A stretch of 64,000 nt of DNA from Paracoccaceae bacterium (lineage in GTDB: Bacteria; Pseudomonadota; Alphaproteobacteria; Rhodobacterales; Rhodobacteraceae). The DNA lies in the NCBI GenBank assembly GCA_002402045.2, contig NVUX02000006.1, positions 49,095-113,094 of the forward strand, written 5' to 3'. This document shows, one piece after another, positions 7,572 through 16,971 of the stretch; positions within the stretch are counted from its first letter, which is position 1, and each line of letters begins with the position of its first letter. The notes beneath the pieces were generated by a model. It was given only the letters and a program-made list of their open reading frames with translations, did no database searches and was not told where the DNA came from. The translations under genes and the position numbers were made by a program.

Positions 7572-8455
7572 CACTGGCCAAACTCTGCTTTCACAAATTC
7601 CAAGAAGGCTTGCACTTTGGCGGTGCGGTGTAGATCAATATGGGTCACCAGCCAAAGCATGCTCTCCCATTCCGGCAATGGGGGCAGCATTTCAATCATA
7701 TCGGGGTTGTTGGCCCCAGTGATCCGCATCAAAAACCCGATGCCTGCGCCCGCTAGAACCGCATCCTCCAATGTGCGCATTTGCGCAGCGCGAAATACGA
7801 TTGCCTTGGGCGGAATATTGGCATCTTCCCACGCATCAAACGGCTTGCGGCTGCCGTCTTTTATACCGGATACGAAGCGGTGTTTGTGCCAATCACGGCC
7901 CTTCAACATCCCAAATTCTTTTACATAGTCTTTATGAGCAAACAGCGCCATCGGCAGGCGTGAAAGCGGCTGCACTACGTTATCCGGTTCCTGAGGTTTT
8001 GGCCCCGCCCGCACCGCCACATGCGCCTCGCCATATTCCAACTTTAACCGCCGCTCCTGCGCAATCAGCGACACCGTAATCTCAGGGTATTTCCGTTGAA
8101 ATGCTATCAAAATAGGGGCAAAGGCCTGTGACATGCCCGTCAGCGTGGTTACAACCAGCTCTCCTGCCACACGGTCATTTTGCCCGCGTAAACGGCTGGC
8201 CATTTGTGCAAATTGATCCTCGGTCGCTCCGGCCGTGCGCAGCAAATCTTGCCCCGCTTGCGTAGGTACATAGCCGCGTGGGTGGCGGTGGAAAAGCTTG
8301 CAATCCAGCTTGTGCTCCAGGGCATCAATATGCCGAATGGCCGTGGCGTGGTGCATGCCAAGGTAAGCGGCCGCCGCACTTAAGGTACCGAGTCGTGCCA
8401 CATGGTAAGCCGTACGTATATCAGACCAGCTGTCATTTTTCATAAATAACTTCAA
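7559..8455 (-). CDS. LysR-family transcriptional regulator
   Basis: 298 aa. N-terminal wHTH (WSDIRTAYHVARLGTLSAAAAYLGMHHATAIRHIDALEHKLDCKLFHR) followed by a substrate-binding domain. 13-nt convergent overlap with phoB. Confidence 0.85.
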   Translation of the reverse strand: MKLFMKNDSWSDIRTAYHVARLGTLSAAAAYLGMHHATAIRHIDALEHKLDCKLFHRHPRGYVPTQAGQDLLRTAGATEDQFAQMASRLRGQNDRVAGELVVTTLTGMSQAFAPILIAFQRKYPEITVSLIAQERRLKLEYGEAHVAVRAGPKPQEPDNVVQPLSRLPMALFAHKDYVKEFGMLKGRDWHKHRFVSGIKDGSRKPFDAWEDANIPPKAIVFRAAQMRTLEDAVLAGAGIGFLMRITGANNPDMIEMLPPLPEWESMLWLVTHIDLHRTAKVQAFLEFVKAEFGQCHDE

Positions 8456-9003
8456 TGGTAAGTGTTGATTTCATTGGCACCGAGTTGTCATAAATGGCGA
8501 TCAGTGGTTGCCACATCGTAGTTTGATATGTTGGGAAAAGCAAGGTTGTGGTTGGTATTGAAGCCATTTCAGAAGCGAAATGGAAAACCGCACGAGCGCA
8601 TGCTGGTATATAACGTCCGCTTGCAGTGCTTGATGTTTGCCCTGTACATTTAGCAAGAGCAGCGGCGCTTGATTTGCAGGTTTCAGAACGATGGGTCTAT
8701 GTTTTGGTTCGGCAACTACGGGAACAGAGTGAGGAATTGACCGCTTTGTTACCTGCCCGGGCGAGGTGGACCAAGACAGGGCCGGATTGCGAGTAAACGT
8801 GAAGCGACCATTCGGAGACGGCTCCGAAATATTAGCAAAGAGGTGGTTTCCAACAACCCGAATTACAGCCACAGGCGCAACCGATTGTTGACACAATACC
8901 CGCCCCCGAATTTCGGTTAGGCTTGCTCCCGATGGACCACTGGCCTTGTCACGGTTTAGTTCTGGTCTCTTTGGAGCAGTACTTGCTGTGACGGAGACAA
9001 AAA

Positions 9004-9565
9004 ATGGCAATGAGATACTCAGACGGGTTTCGCCGTGATGCGGTGCGCATCGCAACCAGCAGTGGCCTGACAAGGCCGGAGGTTGCGTCAGATTTGGGCG
9101 GTGGGCTTTCAACGCTGAACAAGGGGGGCAGGAAGCCTCAACACGAGGGTCTGATGTCCGGCCACCACGGGGATGTGGAAAAAGAAAACACTATGCTTCG
9201 CAAAGAAGTGCGTCTGCGGCATGAGGAAAGAGACGTGTTGAAAAAGGCCAGAATCCGTTGACCGACAGGTGATTGGAACAATCATCGAGAGGTTTCTTTG
9301 CAGGCCAAAGCCTCCTCTCGACGATGTAAATACCCTCTGCCGGGCAGCGGATGAGCGGCAAAGGTATTGCTATAACAATTCGATGGTCGAAACGCTCTTC
9401 AAAAAAATCAAGGCAGAGCTGATCTGGCGCAACCGTTGGGAACCACGGTGGCAGGCTGAAGGAACGATATTCCAATACATCAACGGGTTCTCCAATCCAC
9501 GTCGCCGGCATTCATCGCTGGGTGGAAAAAGCCCTTGGCTTTCGAGAGAAAGGCCGCCTAAATGA
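9004..9565 (+). mobile_element. IS3-family insertion sequence remnant (OrfA fragment fused to the extreme C-terminus of OrfB; internal deletion)
   Basis: 9004-9261 encodes an OrfA-like peptide (GLTRPEVASDLGGGLSTLNK...VEKENTMLRKEVRLRHEERDVLKKA). 9269-9565 encodes only the end of the DDE integrase core (NNSMVETLFKKIKAELIW...FQYINGFSNPRRRHSSLGGKSP). The roughly 200 aa of catalytic core between them are absent. Confidence 0.8.
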
Positions 9566-10117
9566 AGTGAAAGACCCGAACGTAAGCGCGACAAGACCAG
9601 ATATACGCCTCATCCCGCGTACGGCCATCAAATTTACGATAATCGAACCATGTTTGGTTGGAGGAGTAATGCGACCCACGCATTGGCGACGCTAGAGGGG
9701 CGTAAACCCAAACGAACTAACGGTGCTCCAGCGTCTATAGTTGGATGAGCAACGATCAAACAGATTTGCAACAAGCCCAAGCTTGTAGATGGCATTCTTA
9801 GGATCGTCATCGGGACTGTTCAGCGAACTTCACTTTCAGGGCTCGGGTAAACACTACGCAATTGACGAAATTTATCCACAGAATGAATAGCGGGCTTTGG
9901 CTCGGTTCAATCAAACGGCAACGTTGTCCGCATTCCGCGCTATTTGGCGCGGCCAGACTGAATGCCAGCATGATTGGGTCAAAGGCTCGTGGCGTTCCAC
10001 ATTCTTCTAAAATGTGGACCATTTGGAAAACACAAATTAGTGGTTACCCTCTCTTTTTCAATTCCAAGAACCTGTTCCATAAGTGCTGACGTCAAGAATT
10101 GGCCCTGTTAAAGCATA

Positions 10118-11263
10118 TTAGGGGACAATCAGGTCTTCATACCGCGCATCCGTTAAGGTTTTCAGGAAGGCGACGATGGCGTCAATGCGTTGGTCCTCAA
10201 GTGCGGGGCCGTCGTTTAGGATGTCCAGCTCGACGGTTGCGGGCACTTCAGGGGCGGCCCATGTAGCGCCGGTTTCGGGGTTGATCTGGCGAGCTTCGCT
10301 GCGGCTGTTATATTTGTTGTAAAACAGGATAACGGTGCGCAGATCGGTGAACACGCCGTTATGCATATAAGGGCCGGTGACGGCGATATTGCGCAGGGTT
10401 GGTGTGCGGAATTTACCGTCCTCGGCCGGGTTATTCACAGCGGGGTTGCCCAGCAAGCCGTGGTCAACGGTGGCGACATCAACACCATTGATTTCACGGC
10501 CAGCGACGTTGCTGGGCACGCCGATATTGTAATAGCGGTAGTCGGTGAATGTTTCTTGCGCAGCCAGCTGCGAGCTGTGCAGCTGGTGGCATTGGTTGCA
10601 GTTTGTAAACTGCTCCGAGAAGAACAGCAGGCGGCCTAGCTCTTCCTCGTTGGTTAGGGTGTAGTCTCCGCTTAAATAGCGATCGTATTTACTGTCAAAC
10701 GGGGCGAATTCATCTGTGCGCTCAAAGGCGGCGATGGATGCCGCCATGGCCGCATAAGCCGCCTCGGGTTGGGCAAGCATTTCAGCGCCAAAAAGGGCCT
10801 GCATAGTTACCACATAATCTGGGTTTTCTGTCAGCCGCGCCACAATGCTGGCTTTATCGGGCATGCCCATTTCTATCGGGTTCAGCGGTGGGCCACCGGC
10901 TTGGCCTTCCAAGTCGGCCTCACGGCCATCAAGGAATTGGCCGCCGATATAATAGCCCTCATCCGTTTGGCCAAAGGGCGGGGAAAACATGGCGTAAGCC
11001 GCCGTGGGAGCATTGCGGTCACCAAAGGAATGGCCGTCATCACCAAGCGAAAACGCATTGCCGGGCATGGCGGCTCTTGCATCTACAAAGCCGTTGGCGG
11101 GGTCATGGCACGTGGCACAAGACTGGGTGCGGTTGGCGGACAGGTTCGTGTCAAAAAACAGGGCTTCGCCGAAGGATTCAATGCTACTAAATGCGATTTG
11201 AGCGCTGGCCGTGGTGGCGAAAAATAACGCAACAAGGGTGGATTTTTGAAGTGAGGTAAACAT
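10118..11263 (-). CDS. di-haem cytochrome c peroxidase family protein (CCP/MauG-like)
   Basis: 381 aa with a signal peptide and two haem c motifs (CATCH, CNQCH). Pattern FRTPTLRNIAVTGPYMHNG is typical of the family. Last gene of the iron operon. Confidence 0.85.
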   Translation of the reverse strand: MFTSLQKSTLVALFFATTASAQIAFSSIESFGEALFFDTNLSANRTQSCATCHDPANGFVDARAAMPGNAFSLGDDGHSFGDRNAPTAAYAMFSPPFGQTDEGYYIGGQFLDGREADLEGQAGGPPLNPIEMGMPDKASIVARLTENPDYVVTMQALFGAEMLAQPEAAYAAMAASIAAFERTDEFAPFDSKYDRYLSGDYTLTNEEELGRLLFFSEQFTNCNQCHQLHSSQLAAQETFTDYRYYNIGVPSNVAGREINGVDVATVDHGLLGNPAVNNPAEDGKFRTPTLRNIAVTGPYMHNGVFTDLRTVILFYNKYNSRSEARQINPETGATWAAPEVPATVELDILNDGPALEDQRIDAIVAFLKTLTDARYEDLIVP

Positions 11264-11276
11264 ATTTGGCCTTTCC

Positions 11277-12338
11277 TTAGCTTATCGAAATCAAGTGGTT
11301 ATCCCAAAATATTGTGGGGTCATGCGATAATGGTGTCTCGGTTTCGCCGTTCAGCTGCACGACGTGGCCCAACCCATCGGTGGCAATAAATCCGGCACCA
11401 TGCGGCGCCAGCCCGCAAATATCCGGGCGCCTAAATTCGGCTTGCAGCGCGCCGGTGTCAGCGGCAAAAACTTGCGCTACCCCGCCTCGGGGCGAGGTAA
11501 TGCCAACACTGTTTTGCGCAAAGGCAATGCTGCCCGCATAGCCCTTTAGCCAGCGGTGCTGCGCCGGGGCGGCTTTGATCTCAACAGGTTGCACACCCAT
11601 GCGGTGCAGCGCCAGCAGCGGTGGCACCTCGGCCACATTTCCTTGCCATTGCATCGCCATGCCCACCAGCCCATCAGAGCGCACTGCAATATGGCGAATG
11701 GAGTTTTTTGAGTGCGGTAGCGTGAGCATTTCCAGCACGTCGCCCAATGGGGAAAGATAGCTGAGGTTGGGCTGCATGGTGTTGATATTCAGCTTGGCGC
11801 GGCCTGTATCTGGGTGGGTATGAATGCCGCCATTGGCGACAATCAGGGTGTCAGTACCGGGAAGCCGCAAGATTTCATGCGGGCCAATACCGTTTGAGGG
11901 GAAGGCTCCAATGCGTTGATAGTTTTCCCACACGCCGATAATGCCCACGCCCGTCTCGATGTGGTTTTCGGTGGTGAACAACGTGTTTCCATCGGCCGAA
12001 AACACACCGTGGCCATAAAAATGATGGCCTTCAGGGGCCTGCATTTTGGCGATTTCTGCGCCGGTTACGCAGTCTAGTGCAATGGCATACGTGCCGGGGC
12101 GACGGGCAAAAGCCACGGCCACGGGGCGGGTTGGGTGCGCGGCAGCGGCGTGGCCTCGGGTTGGCAGCGGGATGGAAAACCTGATTTGGCCTGCCCCGTC
12201 TAGCCCAAACAACGCGTAGCGGCCATCCGCCCGTTTTGCGGCTGACAAATAAGACGGATTGCCCGCGTCTGCCCATGTCAGGCTTGGCAGGGCAAACGCC
12301 GCCAGCGCTGTTTGTAAAAATCCTCGCCGCGATGCCAT
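11277..12338 (-). CDS. DUF1513-family periplasmic protein (Tat signal)
   Basis: 353 aa with an N-terminal twin-arginine signal (MASRRGFLQTALAAFALP). The context (imelysin/DUF1111/imelysin/DUF1513) is a known conserved iron-regulated cluster. Confidence 0.75.
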   Translation of the reverse strand: MASRRGFLQTALAAFALPSLTWADAGNPSYLSAAKRADGRYALFGLDGAGQIRFSIPLPTRGHAAAAHPTRPVAVAFARRPGTYAIALDCVTGAEIAKMQAPEGHHFYGHGVFSADGNTLFTTENHIETGVGIIGVWENYQRIGAFPSNGIGPHEILRLPGTDTLIVANGGIHTHPDTGRAKLNINTMQPNLSYLSPLGDVLEMLTLPHSKNSIRHIAVRSDGLVGMAMQWQGNVAEVPPLLALHRMGVQPVEIKAAPAQHRWLKGYAGSIAFAQNSVGITSPRGGVAQVFAADTGALQAEFRRPDICGLAPHGAGFIATDGLGHVVQLNGETETPLSHDPTIFWDNHLISIS

Positions 12339-12340
12339 AT

Positions 12341-13336
12341 TTAATCTCCGTCGAGGGCGTTAAAGCCGGGGTTCACCCCAAGAGCGGGGCCAAAATCATC
12401 GGTGATCAGGGTCATCGAGGCGATAATACTGCTTTGTAATGCTTCAGCCCGAAAGCGGCCATTAATAGTTGCGACCCCCGCCAAAACCGGATCGTCCAGA
12501 TTTTGCGCCAAACGCAAGGAAAGCGCCAATCCGGCATCAACTTGGCGCGATAGCCCGCCGCCAACATGCGCCGTCAGCATGTTGGCCAACTCAGCGCTGG
12601 CCTGCAATGCCGCGATAATATTGCGCTGTGAGCGGCCTGAGCGGCGCGCCTCGGCGCGGTTGGGGCGGGGGCGCTCAAAGCTGCCCATCGGGCGGCCCAA
12701 ACGCTGGGCTTGGGTGAATTCCATGCCGGTGAGAACCGCCTTGAACAGCTCCTGAATACCCTCGGCTTCGCTGAGGTAAACTGGGTTGGTTTCGCTGCCA
12801 GCGGTGATTAGGTACGTTCCGTATTCGGTTTGCCAATCGTTTAAAATGGCATCAGCCATACCCGATATATCAGCCGTAATGGCCTGCACGAGGCGGCAGG
12901 TATAAGCGTTAGTCTCGGCAAAACGCGGGTCAAACAACAGCATATCAAGCGCAAAATACCCGCGCCCAGCGATTGAGGTTTGGTTATAGTTCTCCAACGG
13001 CTGTTCAGCCGAGATCAACCTATCCAGCGCCTTGGCGGTAAAGCCTTTTTTGTCGGGCCAAAAGGCCATGGCAAAGGCGCGGTTTCCCTCCTCTGAGGGG
13101 CCAAAGCGCAAATGCGTAACGCCGATCCAAGCGTCAAACCCTGCGTGATAAGCGGCGCGCAGCGGCCCGCTGGTGAGCGTGCAATCCTGCAATGCGGCTT
13201 GCTCCAGCGCGTCAGCCGTGGCTGCCACGCGCTCATACCGCGGGATAATGTGATCATTCACCGCCGTTTGCAGCAAGGTTGGCTGGGCCAGCGCAGGCAG
13301 GGAAAATAGGGCAGTAATTAGGGCTAGATATCTCAT
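12341..13336 (-). CDS. imelysin-family (peptidase M75-like) periplasmic protein, second copy
   Basis: 331 aa with a signal peptide. All-helical pattern with FAMAFWPDKKGF. Position in the conserved cluster, with a 4-nt overlap with the upstream gene. Confidence 0.7.
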   Translation of the reverse strand: MRYLALITALFSLPALAQPTLLQTAVNDHIIPRYERVAATADALEQAALQDCTLTSGPLRAAYHAGFDAWIGVTHLRFGPSEEGNRAFAMAFWPDKKGFTAKALDRLISAEQPLENYNQTSIAGRGYFALDMLLFDPRFAETNAYTCRLVQAITADISGMADAILNDWQTEYGTYLITAGSETNPVYLSEAEGIQELFKAVLTGMEFTQAQRLGRPMGSFERPRPNRAEARRSGRSQRNIIAALQASAELANMLTAHVGGGLSRQVDAGLALSLRLAQNLDDPVLAGVATINGRFRAEALQSSIIASMTLITDDFGPALGVNPGFNALDGD

Positions 13337-14841
13337 AGGCTCTCCAAAAATGCGATCAGGGCGGTACGGTCATCAGAGGACATGCCAACCACGGCATCGC
13401 GCGCGCTCAGGGCTTCTCCACCATGCCATATCACGGCTTCCAGCAGGTTACGAGCGCGCCCGTCATGCAAGAAATACGTGTGGCCGCTCACGGTTTCGGT
13501 TAGGCCAATACCCCAGAGCGGCGGCGTGCGCCATTCCCAGCCGGTGGCGCGGCCATCGGGGCGATAGTCAGCCAAGCCGTCGCCCATATCGTGCAGTAGC
13601 AGGTCAGAATAGGGCCAAATAAGCTGAAAGCTTTGCTCGGGTTGGTCGGCTAAACGGTGGGTCACAAATTTGGGGGTGTGGCAGGCAATGCAGCCGGTTT
13701 CATAAAACAGCTGTTTGCCACGTAAAACTTGTGGCGCGTCCACATCTCGCCGGGCGGGCACGGCTATATTGCGCACAAATAGCGCGGTCATTTCCAGTGA
13801 TTCAGGGGTGATTTCCAGCCCGTCATAAACCGCCTCTCCACCATGGGGCGCGGCGCGGCACTCTGTTTGCGCTTCGGTGCATTCGCCCCATGTTTGCGGG
13901 TTAATGTGGGTGGCAATGCCCAGATCTCCCACAAACGCAGCTGCTGTTTGTTGCAAAATCGTTGGCTCATTGGCCTTGAGGCTAAAGCGCCCCAGCAGCG
14001 GCTGGTTGAATTCTTTGGACCATAGGATATTCGGCCGGCCAGAAACGCCATCGCCGTTCGCATCATTCGGGTCAATATTGGCCAGAATATCCGCTGCCGG
14101 AATGGCCTCTAGCAGGCCAAGCCCCAGCATGGGCGGGGCCACACGGGGGGAAAACATGGTTTCGGTGTGCAACTGGCCGTAGGCTAGATTGGCCGCCGTG
14201 TAGGTTGGCGCGCGCAATGAAACCACGGTCCCGTCAGCCAGTATAACCTCGGTTTCGGTATAACTGATATTGAGGGTGTATTCGGCAGCATGGCCCACGG
14301 TCGCAAAATCTTGCAGCTGGCGGCCATAGGTTGGCTCGGGCAAGGTGGCGAGATACTCTGCAATATCCGGCGGCTCCCCCCCCATAATTGACACCCGCAG
14401 AAACATCGAAACCGCATTATCATCGGGGCCTTCAGGCGGGTGGCCACGGCCCATTTTTGGATGGCACTGCGCGCAAGAGCGGGCGTTATAAAGCGGGCCG
14501 AGGCCATTTGAGGCCAGCGTGGCTGAAGGGCTGGACACCCAGAGTTTTTCAAAAAATGCAGTGCCAATGGCAAAATCCATGCCGTGTTCATCGGCCAGAT
14601 TGCGGGAGGGATGGATGAAGGCATTGGCATTTGGCACCTCAAGCGAGGTGGTGGCCCCGCCCGCCACGCGCTCAAAACGCTCGGCTTGGGTGAAGTCGGC
14701 TGTGGGGGCAATGATGGCGGCAATCCGCGTGGTCTCAGCTTCAGTACGAGGCACGAAATTCAGGTGCGGGTCGGCGTTCTGGCTGTTGGCTGGCAAGGGT
14801 CCTGCGCATAAAATGGCAAAAGCAAGCGTGGCGATTTTCAT
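13333..14841 (-). CDS. DUF1111-family di-haem oxidoreductase (putative peroxidase)
   Basis: The start is moved to ATG 14841 (MKIATLAFAILCAG, signal peptide). Two haem c motifs are present (CAQCH, CIACH). Family assignment is from context and recalled motifs. Confidence 0.8.
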   Translation of the reverse strand: MKIATLAFAILCAGPLPANSQNADPHLNFVPRTEAETTRIAAIIAPTADFTQAERFERVAGGATTSLEVPNANAFIHPSRNLADEHGMDFAIGTAFFEKLWVSSPSATLASNGLGPLYNARSCAQCHPKMGRGHPPEGPDDNAVSMFLRVSIMGGEPPDIAEYLATLPEPTYGRQLQDFATVGHAAEYTLNISYTETEVILADGTVVSLRAPTYTAANLAYGQLHTETMFSPRVAPPMLGLGLLEAIPAADILANIDPNDANGDGVSGRPNILWSKEFNQPLLGRFSLKANEPTILQQTAAAFVGDLGIATHINPQTWGECTEAQTECRAAPHGGEAVYDGLEITPESLEMTALFVRNIAVPARRDVDAPQVLRGKQLFYETGCIACHTPKFVTHRLADQPEQSFQLIWPYSDLLLHDMGDGLADYRPDGRATGWEWRTPPLWGIGLTETVSGHTYFLHDGRARNLLEAVIWHGGEALSARDAVVGMSSDDRTALIAFLESL

Positions 14842-14941
14842 GGTCTTATATCCGTTGAGTGTCCTGCGCGCACCCCGAAATATGGGATGCACGCGGTCTT
14901 TTTATCCAGCGCGCACCCTGTAAAGGATGCACGCGGTTCCT

Positions 14942-16204
14942 TTATTCGAACACAGCACTTGGGTTATCCAAGCTGTCTGAGCCTTCGAATTCAATGGCGC
15001 TGAGGGCCAGCGCGTTTACGGCACGCTCGGTCGATTTGGCCTGTTGAACAAAGCCGTTTACACCACCCATGATCAGCGCATTACCCGCAGCGTTATCAGC
15101 TGCCAGCATTTGGTCATAAGACATGCCAGCTTCAGCAGCGACCTTAAGCTTGGTTAATGCGGCCATTGTGGCGGCAATATCAGCTGTTAGTGCCGCAGCA
15201 ACTTCAGCGTCAGCTTCGCCAACCAAATCAGCTACAGAGGCGCCTGAAACAACCACACCGTCAATGCCGGTATAGCTGCCCAGATAGATGTTTTGCACGC
15301 CTAAACCATCATAATAGTGGCTGTTATGGGTGTTGTCCGAGAAGCAATCATGCTCTTCTTCTGGGTCGTTCAGCATCAGGCCGAGGCGCATACGTTCACC
15401 AGCAACTTCGCCATATGAAAGGCTACCCATGCCGGTCAAAATGGTGGAGATCCCAGCGGTTTCGTCGTCCAGCAAAGCCGTGCGCGCATCGCCCGCATCA
15501 CCCCATTGGCCAACCATCCACTCAAGGTCTGTTACCAGCAAAGCCGAGGCGGCTACGAGGTAATCACCACGGCGATCACAGTTGCCATTGGTGCAATCTG
15601 TCCCCGCAGCATAATCTGTCCAAGAGCGGTTACCCGCGCCGTGCTCTGTGCCGTTCAGGTCTTGGCCCCAGAGCAAAAACTCGATGGCGTGATAGCCGCG
15701 AGACACGTTGCTTTCAATCTCGTCAGCTTCAAACAGGGTCTCGCCGATAAGCTCTGCATTGATGGTAGAAGCATCAACCGTTTGGCCGCCAACAACAAAT
15801 TCGGGGTTCGCAATCACGTTCAGCGCTGCATATTCGTTTTCGTCAGTGGCACCGCCATAGCTAGTGTCCACATAGTCAATCAGGCCTTCATCAAGCGGCC
15901 AAGCATTTACCAGGCCTTCCCAATCGTCAACAATCGCGTTGCCAAAACGGTAAACTTCGGTTTGCTGGTAAGGTACCCGTGAAGCCAGCCATGCGGTTTT
16001 GGCGGCTTGCAGGTTTTCTGCTGACGGGTGTGCAACCAGCGCGCCAATGGCGCTATCAAGCACCCGCGCCAAAGTCAGGGCATCGCCAAAATTTGCTTGC
16101 GCAATATTGGCGTAGTTATCCAGCACGTCGGTCTTGGTAACGGCCAAAGCCGGAGCCGCTGCAAGCATGGCAAGCGCGGCCGCTGTGGTGAAAAGGGATT
16201 TCAT
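14942..16204 (-). CDS. imelysin-family iron-regulated protein A-like lipoprotein/periplasmic protein
   Basis: 420 aa with a signal peptide (MKSLFTTAAALAMLAAAPALA). The imelysin GxHxxE motif is present (GYHAIEFLLWGQD). Confidence 0.8.
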   Translation of the reverse strand: MKSLFTTAAALAMLAAAPALAVTKTDVLDNYANIAQANFGDALTLARVLDSAIGALVAHPSAENLQAAKTAWLASRVPYQQTEVYRFGNAIVDDWEGLVNAWPLDEGLIDYVDTSYGGATDENEYAALNVIANPEFVVGGQTVDASTINAELIGETLFEADEIESNVSRGYHAIEFLLWGQDLNGTEHGAGNRSWTDYAAGTDCTNGNCDRRGDYLVAASALLVTDLEWMVGQWGDAGDARTALLDDETAGISTILTGMGSLSYGEVAGERMRLGLMLNDPEEEHDCFSDNTHNSHYYDGLGVQNIYLGSYTGIDGVVVSGASVADLVGEADAEVAAALTADIAATMAALTKLKVAAEAGMSYDQMLAADNAAGNALIMGGVNGFVQQAKSTERAVNALALSAIEFEGSDSLDNPSAVFE

Positions 16205-16225
16205 ATTTATGTCCTTTCAAAGACT

Positions 16226-16693
16226 TTAGTGTTTGGTATTCGAAAATTTCTCGGGGCTGATTTCTGGCTGTACCATTTGTGAAAGCGCTAGCCCCACGGG
16301 GCCGGCCATATTCGCAGCAACCACCGCCATATCAGGGCGCATAAAGTTGCTCGCCAAAAGCATGGCGTCTTCCTGCTCGCCCAAAGCGGCCGCCACAATA
16401 AAGTTGGCAAAGGCGCATTCATCGCCCCCCACGCAAGTGCATTTAAGCTGATGGCGCTGCAAAGGCCGGCGAGAATGGATGAGCACCAACGACATCAACT
16501 TCTCAAAACGCGCCATTTGGCTACGGGCATTTTTCCTGCCGTAGTAGCCATAAAAATCCCGCCAGATTGAGGCCTGCCCCTCAGGGCTATCACACCAAAG
16601 CCGGAGATACATGACAGTGGCAGCTTCCAGTCGAGGAAGCTCCTCCAACAAACCTACAGGCGCGGCGCCGCGCATATCGTATCCGGCACTCAT
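16226..16693 (-). CDS. hypothetical cytoplasmic protein with C-x-C-x5-C motif, translationally coupled to hemP
   Basis: 155-aa ORF with no signal peptide or TM segment. Cys at WCDSPEG and KCTCVGGDEC. 4-nt overlap with hemP upstream and a 21-nt gap to the imelysin gene downstream. I recognise no family. Confidence 0.6.
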   Translation of the reverse strand: MSAGYDMRGAAPVGLLEELPRLEAATVMYLRLWCDSPEGQASIWRDFYGYYGRKNARSQMARFEKLMSLVLIHSRRPLQRHQLKCTCVGGDECAFANFIVAAALGEQEDAMLLASNFMRPDMAVVAANMAGPVGLALSQMVQPEISPEKFSNTKH

Positions 16694-16971
16694 TTTGTTA
16701 AAATCAATTTTTGCTGGCGCGTAATGCGTAGCGTGTACATTTGGCCGTCGAGCTTGATCTGGGCGATCGTGCCGCCAACGGTTAAATCCCGCGCATCAAA
16801 GGTTGGGTAATCTTGGGAAGCGGCTTCCATTTTGGGGCTCTCCAACCTATCCAGAATTGACTCAAGTGGCGTATCAAGCAGCGCGCCTGGGTCAACGGCC
16901 GCTTGTAGTACTTCCAAACGGTCGGGCCGAATATGGGCCTCAAAATCAAGTTTGCCTTCGCGATTTTCCAC
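16690..16971 (-). CDS. hemP: HemP/HmuP-family hemin-uptake small protein (N-terminally extended)
   Basis: The C-terminal signature IAQIKLDGQMYTLRITRQQKLILTK matches the HemP family motif (..G..Y.LR.T..GKLILTK). First gene of the iron operon. Confidence 0.8.
   Translation of the reverse strand: MENREGKLDFEAHIRPDRLEVLQAAVDPGALLDTPLESILDRLESPKMEAASQDYPTFDARDLTVGGTIAQIKLDGQMYTLRITRQQKLILTK

Noticed and set aside
8501-9112. 203-aa minus-strand ORF in the decayed region, overlapping the IS3 OrfA fragment antisense.
   Set aside because: There is no recognisable family, no RBS context that I could see, and odd composition. It spans plus-strand transposase-like fragments. It is more likely a chance ORF in degenerate mobile DNA, but BLASTP would be needed to be sure.
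9807-10089. 71-aa (minus) and 75-aa (plus) overlapping ORFs in the AT-rich patch before the peroxidase gene.
   Set aside because: They are mutually exclusive, lack motifs and an RBS, and lie in apparent mobile-DNA debris. Evidence is insufficient to call either.
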